From an uncultured Pelagibacteraceae bacterium (lineage in GTDB: Bacteria > Pseudomonadota > Alphaproteobacteria > Pelagibacterales > Pelagibacteraceae): DNA of 64,000 bases. The notes below the pieces were generated by a model. The model searched no databases. It was given only the letters and a program-made list of their open reading frames with translations, and was not told the origin of the DNA. The stretch spans positions 29,568-93,567 of the forward strand of contig CACIZC010000003.1 of assembly GCA_902591045.1 (NCBI GenBank), in the 5' to 3' direction. A program made the translations under genes and the position numbers. Below are positions 52,415 to 61,485 of the stretch, piece after piece (position 1 is the stretch's first letter; each line of letters opens with the position of its first letter).

Positions 52415-53029
52415 CTAGTCTTTAATTTTTTCCTGATACCAGTGTGCTAAAATATGGTTAAGCATAAGTTGTATGTCCTCTACTGGACCATAATCGCCTT
52501 TTTCAGTTTTTATATGAATAGAGCAATCACTAATTTTTTTCAATTTTCCTCCATTGAAACCATAAAAACCTAAAACTTTTCCCGATCTTTTTTTTACCCA
52601 TTCTGCAGCTTTAATAAGATTTGGTGAATTTCCTGATGCTGAAAAAATTAGAAGTTTATCATTTCTTTTAAAATGAATTTTTAATTGATTTACAAAAATA
52701 TTATTGTAACCAGTATCATTTGCTATTGCGGTAATGACTGCATTATTATCTGTTAAAGATACAATTCTGAAAGTATTTTTTGTTTTGGTTTTTTTTAAAA
52801 TATCAAAACCAAGATCATTTGCCATAGTTGTAGCATTTGCAGCACCTCCCCCATTTCCTATAACAAACAAAGTTCCTTTTCTTTTTCTCAGTTCATCTAA
52901 CTCCAAAACTAAATTGTCTAGATCATTTCCTTTTATTTTTTTGAAAACTGAAGAAAGATAATTAAAATAACGAGAAGAAAAATCTCTAATATTTTTTGTT
53001 TTTTTTGCAATTTTTTTTATTTTACCCAT
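52415..53029 (-). CDS. SIS-domain sugar-phosphate isomerase (GmhA-like)
   Basis: 204 aa with FVIGNGGGAANATTMANDL and SASGNSPN, typical of phosphoheptose isomerase-type SIS domains. Confidence 0.75.
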   Translation of the reverse strand: MGKIKKIAKKTKNIRDFSSRYFNYLSSVFKKIKGNDLDNLVLELDELRKRKGTLFVIGNGGGAANATTMANDLGFDILKKTKTKNTFRIVSLTDNNAVITAIANDTGYNNIFVNQLKIHFKRNDKLLIFSASGNSPNLIKAAEWVKKRSGKVLGFYGFNGGKLKKISDCSIHIKTEKGDYGPVEDIQLMLNHILAHWYQEKIKD

Positions 53030-53038
53030 GTTTCTGAT

Positions 53039-54085
53039 TCAAATTGATCTTATATACTGTTTTAACAATGAATAAAGTGCCAGATTTTGTTTAAAACCTT
53101 TTATAAACATTTTTCCGTATCCTTTAGTCAATATTACTCTAATCTCATTTTTTTTATTTTTTTTATCGCTTTTGATAGCCTCAAAAAAGTTTTTAACATT
53201 TATGTTTTTAATTTCATTGAGTTTTGTGATTTTTTTCATTTCTTTTTTTATATCTTGGTAAATATTGATGCTTATATATTTCTTTTTCATCGAAATAAAA
53301 TTTGCAATATCAATACCATGCGCAACCGCTAAACCGTGAGGAATTTTATACTTTGTTATCTTTTCTAAAGCGTGTCCAAATGTATGACCGTAATTAAGTA
53401 TTAGTCTTTCTTTTTTGTCAAATTCATCAATTTCAATAAACTTCTTTTTAATAAGTAAAGATCTTGAAATCATATTTTTGAGAGTTTTTTTATCAAAATT
53501 TTTATTAAGTAAACGATTTAAATTCTTCTTAAATAATACCCAATCTTTTAAATTCGAAACTAAAAAATAGTGCGCCATCTCACCTACGCCAGATTTAATA
53601 TCTTTAAACTTTAAAGTTTTTAGAAAATTTATATCTAAGTAAATTTTTTTAGGAGGATAAAAATTTCCAATTTGATTTTTTGTTTTTTTAAAATTAATTG
53701 ATGTCTTTCCTCCAATACAACTATCGCATTGTGCTAAAATTGTTGTTGGAATAAAATTCCATTTTATTCCTCGAAAAATAATAGAAGCGACAAATCCTGT
53801 TATATCCTGAGTAATTCCTCCACCTATACCAACAAGTATAGAATTTCTTTTAATTTTTAAATTTAAAAGTTTGTTTATTATTTTTGAAATATTATCGTAG
53901 CTTTTTGTATTTTCATTAGCAGTAATTAAAATTGATTTATTTTTTATTTTTTTTAAAACTTTATTTTTTTTATAGACAGCCTTATCAATAATATAATAAT
54001 TATCATTATTTTTTAAATTTGCTTTTGATAAGTTAAAGTCGACTACTTTATAGTCTCCTTTACTAGATTTAATATTGATGTTCAT
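53039..54085 (-). CDS. 3-dehydroquinate synthase-family enzyme (sugar-phosphate cyclase superfamily) in a glycan context
   Basis: 348 aa with IGGGITQDITGFVASIIFRGIKWNFIPTTILAQCDSCIGGKTSIN and NYGHTFGHALE. Confidence 0.75.
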   Translation of the reverse strand: MNINIKSSKGDYKVVDFNLSKANLKNNDNYYIIDKAVYKKNKVLKKIKNKSILITANENTKSYDNISKIINKLLNLKIKRNSILVGIGGGITQDITGFVASIIFRGIKWNFIPTTILAQCDSCIGGKTSINFKKTKNQIGNFYPPKKIYLDINFLKTLKFKDIKSGVGEMAHYFLVSNLKDWVLFKKNLNRLLNKNFDKKTLKNMISRSLLIKKKFIEIDEFDKKERLILNYGHTFGHALEKITKYKIPHGLAVAHGIDIANFISMKKKYISINIYQDIKKEMKKITKLNEIKNINVKNFFEAIKSDKKNKKNEIRVILTKGYGKMFIKGFKQNLALYSLLKQYIRSI

Positions 54086-54091
54086 GATTTT

Positions 54092-54820
54092 TTATTTTGA
54101 TGTATAGCCGCCATCAATTACAAAATTTTGGCCAGTAATATAATTATTTAGATTGCTGCATAAAAAACAAATAATATTAGAAACGTCTGATGCCTTACCC
54201 AATCTATTAAGCGGAATATCTTGTTTTATTTTTTTAGCTTGAACAGAATTTAAAACTTTTTTGGTCATACCAATATTGATCACGCCAGGGGAAACAGAAT
54301 TTACTAGGATGTTATATTTTGCTAAATCTAATGCGCTAGATTTTGTCAATCCAATTAATCCAAATTTTGTTGTTGAATACAAGGATCTTCCTTGTTTACT
54401 GACTACACCAAAAATTGATGAGATATTAATTATTTTTCCACTTTTTTTCTTCATCATAATTTTTGATATTTCTTTAGTTAGAAGAATTGGGCCTTTTAAA
54501 TTTATTTTATAAATTTCCTCCAAAAATTTTTCGTCTACTTCGTTAATTGCTGATATCTTGCTAACTCCAGCATTATTTATCAGTACATCAATTTTTTTTA
54601 TTTTTTTTAAATCTTCTAAAAATTTTCTAACGCTAACCTTGTTGTTAAAATCTAAATACATATATTTTTTTCTTTTATTATTTTTCTTTAATAGTTGTTT
54701 TTTGGTTGTGGTCACAAAAACTGTTCCTCCCATTTTTAAGAAATCTTTTGTAATTGATTTTCCCAACCCGCCTTCACCGCCTGTTATAATTATAGTTTTA
54801 TTTCTAAAGTTCATCTTCAT
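54092..54820 (-). CDS. short-chain dehydrogenase/reductase (FabG-like)
   Basis: 242 aa with ITGGEGGLGKS, NNAG and YSTTK. Confidence 0.85.
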   Translation of the reverse strand: MKMNFRNKTIIITGGEGGLGKSITKDFLKMGGTVFVTTTKKQLLKKNNKRKKYMYLDFNNKVSVRKFLEDLKKIKKIDVLINNAGVSKISAINEVDEKFLEEIYKINLKGPILLTKEISKIMMKKKSGKIINISSIFGVVSKQGRSLYSTTKFGLIGLTKSSALDLAKYNILVNSVSPGVINIGMTKKVLNSVQAKKIKQDIPLNRLGKASDVSNIICFLCSNLNNYITGQNFVIDGGYTSK

Positions 54821-54827
54821 ATGATTT

Positions 54828-55595
54828 TCACAAATATTTTCTAGTAAAAGGATCTTTTAAAATCACTCTATTTACTAACTTTAAATCAGAATTCGTATCT
54901 ACAGAAAAAGATGGAACATATTTATATGGTGCAACGTACATTTCTTTAGTGTATTCACATGCTCTATTTTGTCCGCAAGATTCAATTTTTTCTAATTTTG
55001 ATAAGTTTAGTTGATTATATTTTTTTAAAAAATAATATCGAAAAGCAAAAATTGCGTAGATTCTTTTAGCCCCTATTTTTTTATTAAATTTTTTGGAATA
55101 AGGAATGGGTGACCTTGAGCAGTATAAAACTTCTCCTTCTGGACTATTTACAATCTTTACAATGTTTGGGTTTTCAAATTGAGAATTACTTATAATATTC
55201 ATTCCGAGAATAGTCATTCCTGCTTTTTTATTTTTTTTTAAAGAATCGACGACTGCTTTGATCATATTTGGATGAAGCATTGGCTCATCTCCTTGGATGC
55301 AAACTATCAGATCGTTTGCTTTAATTTTTTTACAATCTCTTTTAACTGCTTCGTAAACTCTGTCCGTACACTCTTTGTGTTTTTTTGAGGTCATTACATA
55401 ATTATAGTTTTTAGATATACAAAAATCTTTTATCTCTTGATCGCATGTGGCTATAGAAAGTTTAGTCCAATGCTTATAAAAACTAGCTCTTTCATAAACA
55501 TGCTCTAACATTGGTTTACCTTGAATATATTTTAATGGCTTGCCTGGAAGTCGAGTTGACGCCATTCTTGCGGGAATAAAACCGTAAATTTTCAT
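54828..55595 (-). CDS. KdsB/NeuA-family cytidylyltransferase (CMP-ulosonic acid synthetase-like)
   Basis: 255 aa with IPARMASTRLPGKPL, GKPMLEHV and IQGDEPML. Confidence 0.8.
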   Translation of the reverse strand: MKIYGFIPARMASTRLPGKPLKYIQGKPMLEHVYERASFYKHWTKLSIATCDQEIKDFCISKNYNYVMTSKKHKECTDRVYEAVKRDCKKIKANDLIVCIQGDEPMLHPNMIKAVVDSLKKNKKAGMTILGMNIISNSQFENPNIVKIVNSPEGEVLYCSRSPIPYSKKFNKKIGAKRIYAIFAFRYYFLKKYNQLNLSKLEKIESCGQNRACEYTKEMYVAPYKYVPSFSVDTNSDLKLVNRVILKDPFTRKYL

Positions 55596-56327
55596 TTATT
55601 TTTTTATTTTTTTAATACTATCTAAACAGGCATTACCAAGAAGTGTCATATCTGTTCCCATGGCAATGAATTTATAACCTTTTTTGATAAAGCTTTTTAC
55701 TTCGTTAACATTCGGATATGCAACATGAATACCCATGGATATTTTGTTTTTTTTCGATAATTGTTCATATTTCTTTAAAGCATTTAAGAATTTTTTATTT
55801 TTATAATCTCCAGGTTTTCCAATTGAACCAGAAAGGTCCATAGGGCCTACAAAGGTTGAATATAAACCTTTGACTTTCAAAATTTGTTCTAAATTGTTTA
55901 TTCCTTGTATTGTTTCTATTTGAACTACAACTTTTATTTTTTTGGAAATTTTTTCATAGTTTTTTAAACCGTATCCATATCCTTGTGCTTTTGCTATTGC
56001 AAAACCTCTCTCACCTCGTGGAGGATAACTTGCATATCTCAAAGCTTTTTGAGCTTCATTTCCAGTGTTCACCATAGGCACAATTATACCTCTTGCTCCT
56101 AAATCTAACGCTTTTTTAATTTCTGATTTATTATTCGAACTAACACGGACAAAAGACTCTACTTTATTTTTTTCAAGTATAGACAAGAGGTTGTCTAATT
56201 CTTGAAAAGTAATTGAAGAATGTTCTAAATCAATACAGATCCAATCAAATCCTGATTTTGACATCACATCTGTTCCCGCTGGGTTATACGTTAAAATCCA
56301 CGACCCTAATTTATATTTATTTTTCAT
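55596..56327 (-). CDS. HpcH/HpaI-family class II (pyruvate-dependent) aldolase
   Basis: 243 aa with a TIM-barrel HpaI-like sequence (DWICIDLEHS, RVSSNN, GIIVPMV, VQIET). 0-nt gap to the cytidylyltransferase gene. Confidence 0.7.
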   Translation of the reverse strand: MKNKYKLGSWILTYNPAGTDVMSKSGFDWICIDLEHSSITFQELDNLLSILEKNKVESFVRVSSNNKSEIKKALDLGARGIIVPMVNTGNEAQKALRYASYPPRGERGFAIAKAQGYGYGLKNYEKISKKIKVVVQIETIQGINNLEQILKVKGLYSTFVGPMDLSGSIGKPGDYKNKKFLNALKKYEQLSKKNKISMGIHVAYPNVNEVKSFIKKGYKFIAMGTDMTLLGNACLDSIKKIKK

Positions 56328-57213
56328 AATATTTGTTCCATGCTTTGCTATGTTTTTCTCCTATCAAAGTTCCGTGTACATCGCAAACATCACAAGGTGA
56401 AAAACCTCTGTCTCCACTATTTAATTTTTTTCTTGATATATTTGCCATTTTAGAGGTCCAAATTTCCATAAAAGAGCTTTTATTTAAATTGCCTAGAATT
56501 CTTTTTTTTCCCCAATCGTGAGCGCACATCAAAACATCGCCATTATAATCCATGAAAAAAGTATAACTAGGATAATAACAAGGATGCTGTAGTTTTTCTT
56601 TTAAAGGCAAAATTTTATGCTCTGCATTTTCTAACATGCCTGCTCTGTTGCTAATTGTTAAACCAAAATCTTTTTCTGATGACAATGATCTATCTCTAAT
56701 TACCACTTGTTCTTCTGACAAATTTGCTTTTAGTCTAAGATTTTTAAACTTTTTCATATCTTCTGATCCGTCATAAACACTTATAAATAATTTATCTAAA
56801 CCCGATTTAAAAAGTTTTTTTAACCTATCTACATCTAGAACATCTCCGTTCGTGACCATTGCAATATTAGTTTTTTTTAATATATTTCTTGTGAGTTTTA
56901 ATAAATTATAAATATTCCTATCTAAAAGCGGCTCAATAAATCCTGAAAAACGTATAGTGCCTGTAAAATTTACAGCGGCTAATTCATTGCACAATTTTTT
57001 ATACAAAGAAGTTTTAATGAATTCTTTAATGTCTTTATAATTTGGATCGCTTCTTGGACAAAAAGAACAAGATCTATTACACGTGCCAGATTCGCTAATT
57101 TCAACCTCAGAAGGTAATGGTATTTCAGTTCCAGGAACATACTGAAACTTCTCAGATACAAGTTTTTTTTTGTGAGATATTTCAGGGTCAAAAAAATTTA
57201 ATTTTTTTTCCAT
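56317..57213 (-). CDS. radical SAM protein with a Cys-rich SPASM/twitch-like C-terminal region
   Basis: 298 aa with CNRSCSFC (CX3CX2C). Downstream cysteines: HPCYYP, MCAHDW, SPCDVCDV. Confidence 0.75.
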   Translation of the reverse strand: MEKKLNFFDPEISHKKKLVSEKFQYVPGTEIPLPSEVEISESGTCNRSCSFCPRSDPNYKDIKEFIKTSLYKKLCNELAAVNFTGTIRFSGFIEPLLDRNIYNLLKLTRNILKKTNIAMVTNGDVLDVDRLKKLFKSGLDKLFISVYDGSEDMKKFKNLRLKANLSEEQVVIRDRSLSSEKDFGLTISNRAGMLENAEHKILPLKEKLQHPCYYPSYTFFMDYNGDVLMCAHDWGKKRILGNLNKSSFMEIWTSKMANISRKKLNSGDRGFSPCDVCDVHGTLIGEKHSKAWNKYYEK

Positions 57214-58016
57214 ATATAGTTAAAGAACATTTCGTTTTTTACATTTAGTGGTGTTTTTTTATAAAATTTAAATCCCGCAAGATCAAAATAGTTTTTTATA
57301 CTTTCCATATCCTTAGAATTATTTTCGTTTATTTCAACTAAAATACTTTTTGTGTTTTTTATTACCTCTTTTCCTCCTGATAAAATTAATGACTCTATTC
57401 CGTCAACATCAATTTTAATATATTGAGGCTGCGGAAAATTAAAAATCCTTCTTGCTTCATCCAAAGACAAGGAAACAGTTGAGTATTTTAAAACACTTGG
57501 AATTTTTGAACTTTTATTACCAAAATTTGAAAGGGCACCACCTAATTCAATATTTGACATCTTCATCATATTACTTTGGGTTTTGTCTGATAGGGGCATT
57601 GAGATTAATTTGATATTGTCTTCCAAATTATTTAAAAAAATATTTTTTACTAATACTCCTAAATTAAATGGAGAAGGTTCAAAAGAAAAAGTTTGGCAAT
57701 TTTTTTTTTTAGCTGCATAAATTGAATACAATCCTATATTTGCTCCCACATCATAAAAAACAGATTTGTCCTCAAAACTATCTATCCAATTTAGTGTTTC
57801 TGGCTCCTTAGATGAAAAGCTTTTTATTCTATAATGAATCAATCTATTTGGGTCGTGAAATTCTAATTCTAAATTTTTATACATAATCTTTGTTTTTTTT
57901 TTTAAAATACCGTTTAGAAACTTTTCAAGTATATATCTGCCTATATTAAATTTTGACAAAATAGAAATAATAGTATTTATAAAAAAATTTAAAACTATTT
58001 TAATTATATTTTTCAT
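57198..58016 (-). CDS. FkbM-family SAM-dependent methyltransferase
   Basis: 272 aa with VFYDVGANIGLYSIYAA, FSFEPSPFN and IKIDVDGIE. Contains two 11-nt A homopolymers. Confidence 0.8.
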   Translation of the reverse strand: MKNIIKIVLNFFINTIISILSKFNIGRYILEKFLNGILKKKTKIMYKNLELEFHDPNRLIHYRIKSFSSKEPETLNWIDSFEDKSVFYDVGANIGLYSIYAAKKKNCQTFSFEPSPFNLGVLVKNIFLNNLEDNIKLISMPLSDKTQSNMMKMSNIELGGALSNFGNKSSKIPSVLKYSTVSLSLDEARRIFNFPQPQYIKIDVDGIESLILSGGKEVIKNTKSILVEINENNSKDMESIKNYFDLAGFKFYKKTPLNVKNEMFFNYIWKKN

Positions 58017-58018
58017 TA

Positions 58019-59752
58019 TTAATTAATCTTTTTTAGTTCAGTGTCAGAATTTTCATTTGTGGAAAGTTCATATTTTTTTATAAAACTTTCTCTAAAAACA
58101 TCTGGCCTATGAGTTATGAAAATTATAGTCAATTTTCCTCTCAATTTCATTAGAGACTCGATTAATTTACTCTCTGTTTCTTTATCTAAAGATGATGAAA
58201 ATTCATCGCAAATCAAAATATCAGGAAGAACATAAAGACTTCTGGCTATTCCTACTCTCTGAATTTGACCTCCAGATAATTTAGATCCATTATCACCCAC
58301 CTCAAAATTAATACCTTCTTTTTTTGAATTTATAAAAGTATCTAACTGAGCCGACTCAATGGCATATTTTAATTTTTTACTATCAATCTCATTGTCTTCA
58401 TCAAAAATTATATTTTTTTTTATTGTGTCGTTTAATAAATAGACTTTTTGCTGTACATAACCAACGTTTTTAGTCCATGATTTTTTTTCTAAATTAATGT
58501 CTTCATCGTCTACGGAAATTTTTCCAGTGTTAGGTTTTAGAAGTCCTGAAAGAAGATCTATGAAAGTAGTTTTTCCTTCACCGCTTGGTCCAAAAATACA
58601 AAGAAAATCATTTTTACTTATTCTAAAATTTAAATTTTTAATTATATAATTTGATGATCCTGAAAATTTAAAAGAAACATTTTCAAATTTAATTTCTTTT
58701 TTAAAAGAAATTTTATCTTTTTGATTAACTTTTGGATTATTTTTTTCTTTAATTAAATCTTTATAAAGTGTGTTAATAGCAGCACTGTTATTTTGTAAAG
58801 ACTGAGTGTAAGTAATTATTTTATTTATACCGGGTAAAAATCTATAAGCTGCAGCTGCAAACAAAGCTAGAGTTGGTATTAAATCTTTTGTTTCAACATT
58901 TGAATTAATCAAAAAGTAAATAAGAAAACAGAAAAATAAAATTGCTATTAGTTCTATTATTATTTTTACAGACTCAGAAATTATTGATTGATATTTTATT
59001 GCTGTAAAAGCTCCAGAAACAAAAGAAAAAAATCTATTAAGGAAAAATTTCTCGTTATTTCTAATTTTAATATCTTTAAAAGATCCAAAACCATCTTTTA
59101 AATTTTGAAAGACCTTGGTCATTTCAACTACATTTTGTAATCCATATCTGTACAACTTATTTTTTAAAATTTTATTTATAATTATTCCTACTATTCCAAA
59201 AACACTAATGGTTATTAAACTTGGAATCGGTTGAAAAAAAACTAATACTGAAAGTATTGATACAACCATCAAAATTTCTGTTATTAATTTTAAAGAAGAG
59301 TCTATACTCACTCTAACTTTTTTACTTTCGTTTATAATATTTTTTGTAAATTCTGCTGAGCTGCTTACATTAAATGAAGCAAGTGATGAACTTAAATATA
59401 GCTTATATAAATTATAATTTATATTTCGATCTAAGTTATAAATAAAATTATTTCTCCACCAAGAAAAAAAGATTAAATAAAAAGCCTTGATTAAGTTTAT
59501 AAGTGAAAAAATTAATAAAAAACCTAACAACAATTCAATACTAGATAGATTCTTCAAAAAAGGAAAAATGTTTAACAAAAATCCAAATCGATATTGATCA
59601 TTGGATTCTATAATAAATGCCAAGGCAGGAAAAATCAGAGAGATAGAAATTACTTCTAAAGCAGTTGCTAATAGAAGTAATAAAACAAAATAAATTATAT
59701 ATTTTTTCTGATTAGAATTTAAAAAATTATAAAGTTTAAAAAAGATGCTCAT
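58019..59752 (-). CDS. fused TMD-NBD ABC exporter (MsbA/PglK-like)
   Basis: 577 aa with a six-helix N-domain, Walker A GPSGEGKTT, signature LSGGQIQR and Walker B ILICDEFSSSLD. Confidence 0.88.
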   Translation of the reverse strand: MSIFFKLYNFLNSNQKKYIIYFVLLLLLATALEVISISLIFPALAFIIESNDQYRFGFLLNIFPFLKNLSSIELLLGFLLIFSLINLIKAFYLIFFSWWRNNFIYNLDRNINYNLYKLYLSSSLASFNVSSSAEFTKNIINESKKVRVSIDSSLKLITEILMVVSILSVLVFFQPIPSLITISVFGIVGIIINKILKNKLYRYGLQNVVEMTKVFQNLKDGFGSFKDIKIRNNEKFFLNRFFSFVSGAFTAIKYQSIISESVKIIIELIAILFFCFLIYFLINSNVETKDLIPTLALFAAAAYRFLPGINKIITYTQSLQNNSAAINTLYKDLIKEKNNPKVNQKDKISFKKEIKFENVSFKFSGSSNYIIKNLNFRISKNDFLCIFGPSGEGKTTFIDLLSGLLKPNTGKISVDDEDINLEKKSWTKNVGYVQQKVYLLNDTIKKNIIFDEDNEIDSKKLKYAIESAQLDTFINSKKEGINFEVGDNGSKLSGGQIQRVGIARSLYVLPDILICDEFSSSLDKETESKLIESLMKLRGKLTIIFITHRPDVFRESFIKKYELSTNENSDTELKKIN

Positions 59753-59760
59753 TTTGTGAT

Positions 59761-61485
59761 TTACAATAAAGATTTGAAGATCTCTTTCCAGTATTTCAGG
59801 TCATCGCTTTTTTTTAAAAAACAAAGATAATTAAATTTATTTCTGATATCTAAAATTTTTTTACTATGCCACCATTCGTAAGGTTCTTCTAAAATTTTAC
59901 TAACATGTCTGGCAGCTTCACTGCTATCATCAAATAATATTTGATTTTCTTTAAAGTACTCTACCAATTTTCTAGTCTCATGATTTAATGAGAATATAGT
60001 CCCATCGAATAACAAAATATTTGGTCTTCCTGAATACATAGTTTCAAAAAAAGTTGATGAAAATGAAGTGTTTATAGCTATTCCCGAAGTTTCTAAATCA
60101 TCCTTAAAATTTTTCTTTTTTGAAAAGAAATCTTGTCCATATTTATTTTGAAAATACTTTTGGATTCCCCAATAATCTGATGGATGACCTCTAAATTTAA
60201 AAAAAGATTTTTTATTTCCTTCTAAATTTTCGTAGAAATTTTCCCAAGATTTTACGCTTTTAACTATTTGTCCGGAGATCGGACCTGTATCAATTTTAAA
60301 TGGATATATCGGAACTGTATCAGATAAAAATAAAATTTTATTATACTTTTTTTTAGAAAAATTATATTTTTTAAAAAAAATACTTGGAGGCATTTGCTTG
60401 GAGTTTTTATCATTGTTAAAATTCCATTTTAGATATAAATCTGAAAAATTCAAAAATGCATCAAAATTTCTTTTGTTGTCTATATAGCCGCCATGATCAG
60501 TGATAACAAATTTTGATCCTTTTTCTACTTGTTCTGCTGTCCAAATTTTGAAGAAGTCATCAGTAAAATGTGCAACTGAGGTTACTATAACTTTTGGTTT
60601 CAATTTTATTTTTTTAGCTTCGGAAATAGCCTGGCTATAGTTTTCTAGATATGTAACTGGAAGCACTTTTATTAAGATTTTTTCAAAAAATTTTTCAAAA
60701 TCATTATCTGGATTAATGTCTATTTTAAATTTTTCTCTTTTTAAATTTGGAATATTTTTGAAGCTTTTATCTAGACTAGAATAAAGTCTTGGTAATTGCT
60801 TCAAGCCTAGCGACAATCTAATAAAATTTTTTTTTTCTATATAGGTTTTATAGAAAATAAATTTATCATTGTTATAGATTTTTCCTAATACAAAGTCTGC
60901 TGAGTTTTTTAATATATTAAAAAAATTATTTTTTTTTGAATAATTATTTTTTTTAAAGTTTACTTTTTTAACATTGATTATATTTAAATTTTTAGGCTTA
61001 AGAAAATTTATTATTTGAGAATAAATATAATGATTCCATCTATCTTCGAGACCAATTTTATATAGATCTTTATAATCAAAAAATATTAAATCTCTATCGT
61101 CTATCTCGATTATTTTAGTTTTATTGATATTCTCATTTTCAAATACAAATCTTATGTTTTCCCATCTGTCCCACAAAATAGGTAAGATTCTAGTCAGAAA
61201 TGATCCAACAATTATGTGCCAATATCTTTTCGATTTTTTTGTGGAATGGTAAAAATTCAGACTATCAACTAAACTATCTAAAGTTTTATAATAAAACTTT
61301 TGTAAATAATCATAATCTTTGACTTTTTTTTCTTCGTCATCCCAGTGAAATTTGTTTTTCTTAAATTTAAATTTCGAGTCTACTGTCTGCGATATATAAG
61401 GATTGCACCAATCACCCAAAATTACATTGTTATCTTTTTCAGAAAAAGTTTCTTTAATTGATGTGGTAACCAAATTATTTTCCAT
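59761..61485 (-). CDS. large uncharacterised protein of the glycan island
   Basis: 574-aa ORF coupled to its neighbours. I recognise no catalytic motif. The N-terminal LGDWCNPY...FHWDD...RYWHIIVG pattern vaguely recalls uncharacterised surface-carbohydrate 'transferase' families (unverified memory). Confidence 0.4.
   Translation of the reverse strand: MENNLVTTSIKETFSEKDNNVILGDWCNPYISQTVDSKFKFKKNKFHWDDEEKKVKDYDYLQKFYYKTLDSLVDSLNFYHSTKKSKRYWHIIVGSFLTRILPILWDRWENIRFVFENENINKTKIIEIDDRDLIFFDYKDLYKIGLEDRWNHYIYSQIINFLKPKNLNIINVKKVNFKKNNYSKKNNFFNILKNSADFVLGKIYNNDKFIFYKTYIEKKNFIRLSLGLKQLPRLYSSLDKSFKNIPNLKREKFKIDINPDNDFEKFFEKILIKVLPVTYLENYSQAISEAKKIKLKPKVIVTSVAHFTDDFFKIWTAEQVEKGSKFVITDHGGYIDNKRNFDAFLNFSDLYLKWNFNNDKNSKQMPPSIFFKKYNFSKKKYNKILFLSDTVPIYPFKIDTGPISGQIVKSVKSWENFYENLEGNKKSFFKFRGHPSDYWGIQKYFQNKYGQDFFSKKKNFKDDLETSGIAINTSFSSTFFETMYSGRPNILLFDGTIFSLNHETRKLVEYFKENQILFDDSSEAARHVSKILEEPYEWWHSKKILDIRNKFNYLCFLKKSDDLKYWKEIFKSLL

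Noticed and set aside
53039-54085. Treating the DHQS-family gene as the ordinary housekeeping aroB.
   Set aside because: This is not fully rejected. The genomic context (SIS, SDRs, cytidylyltransferase; no aroK; far from aroC) favours a glycan role. It remains the main alternative and is listed as the refutation test.
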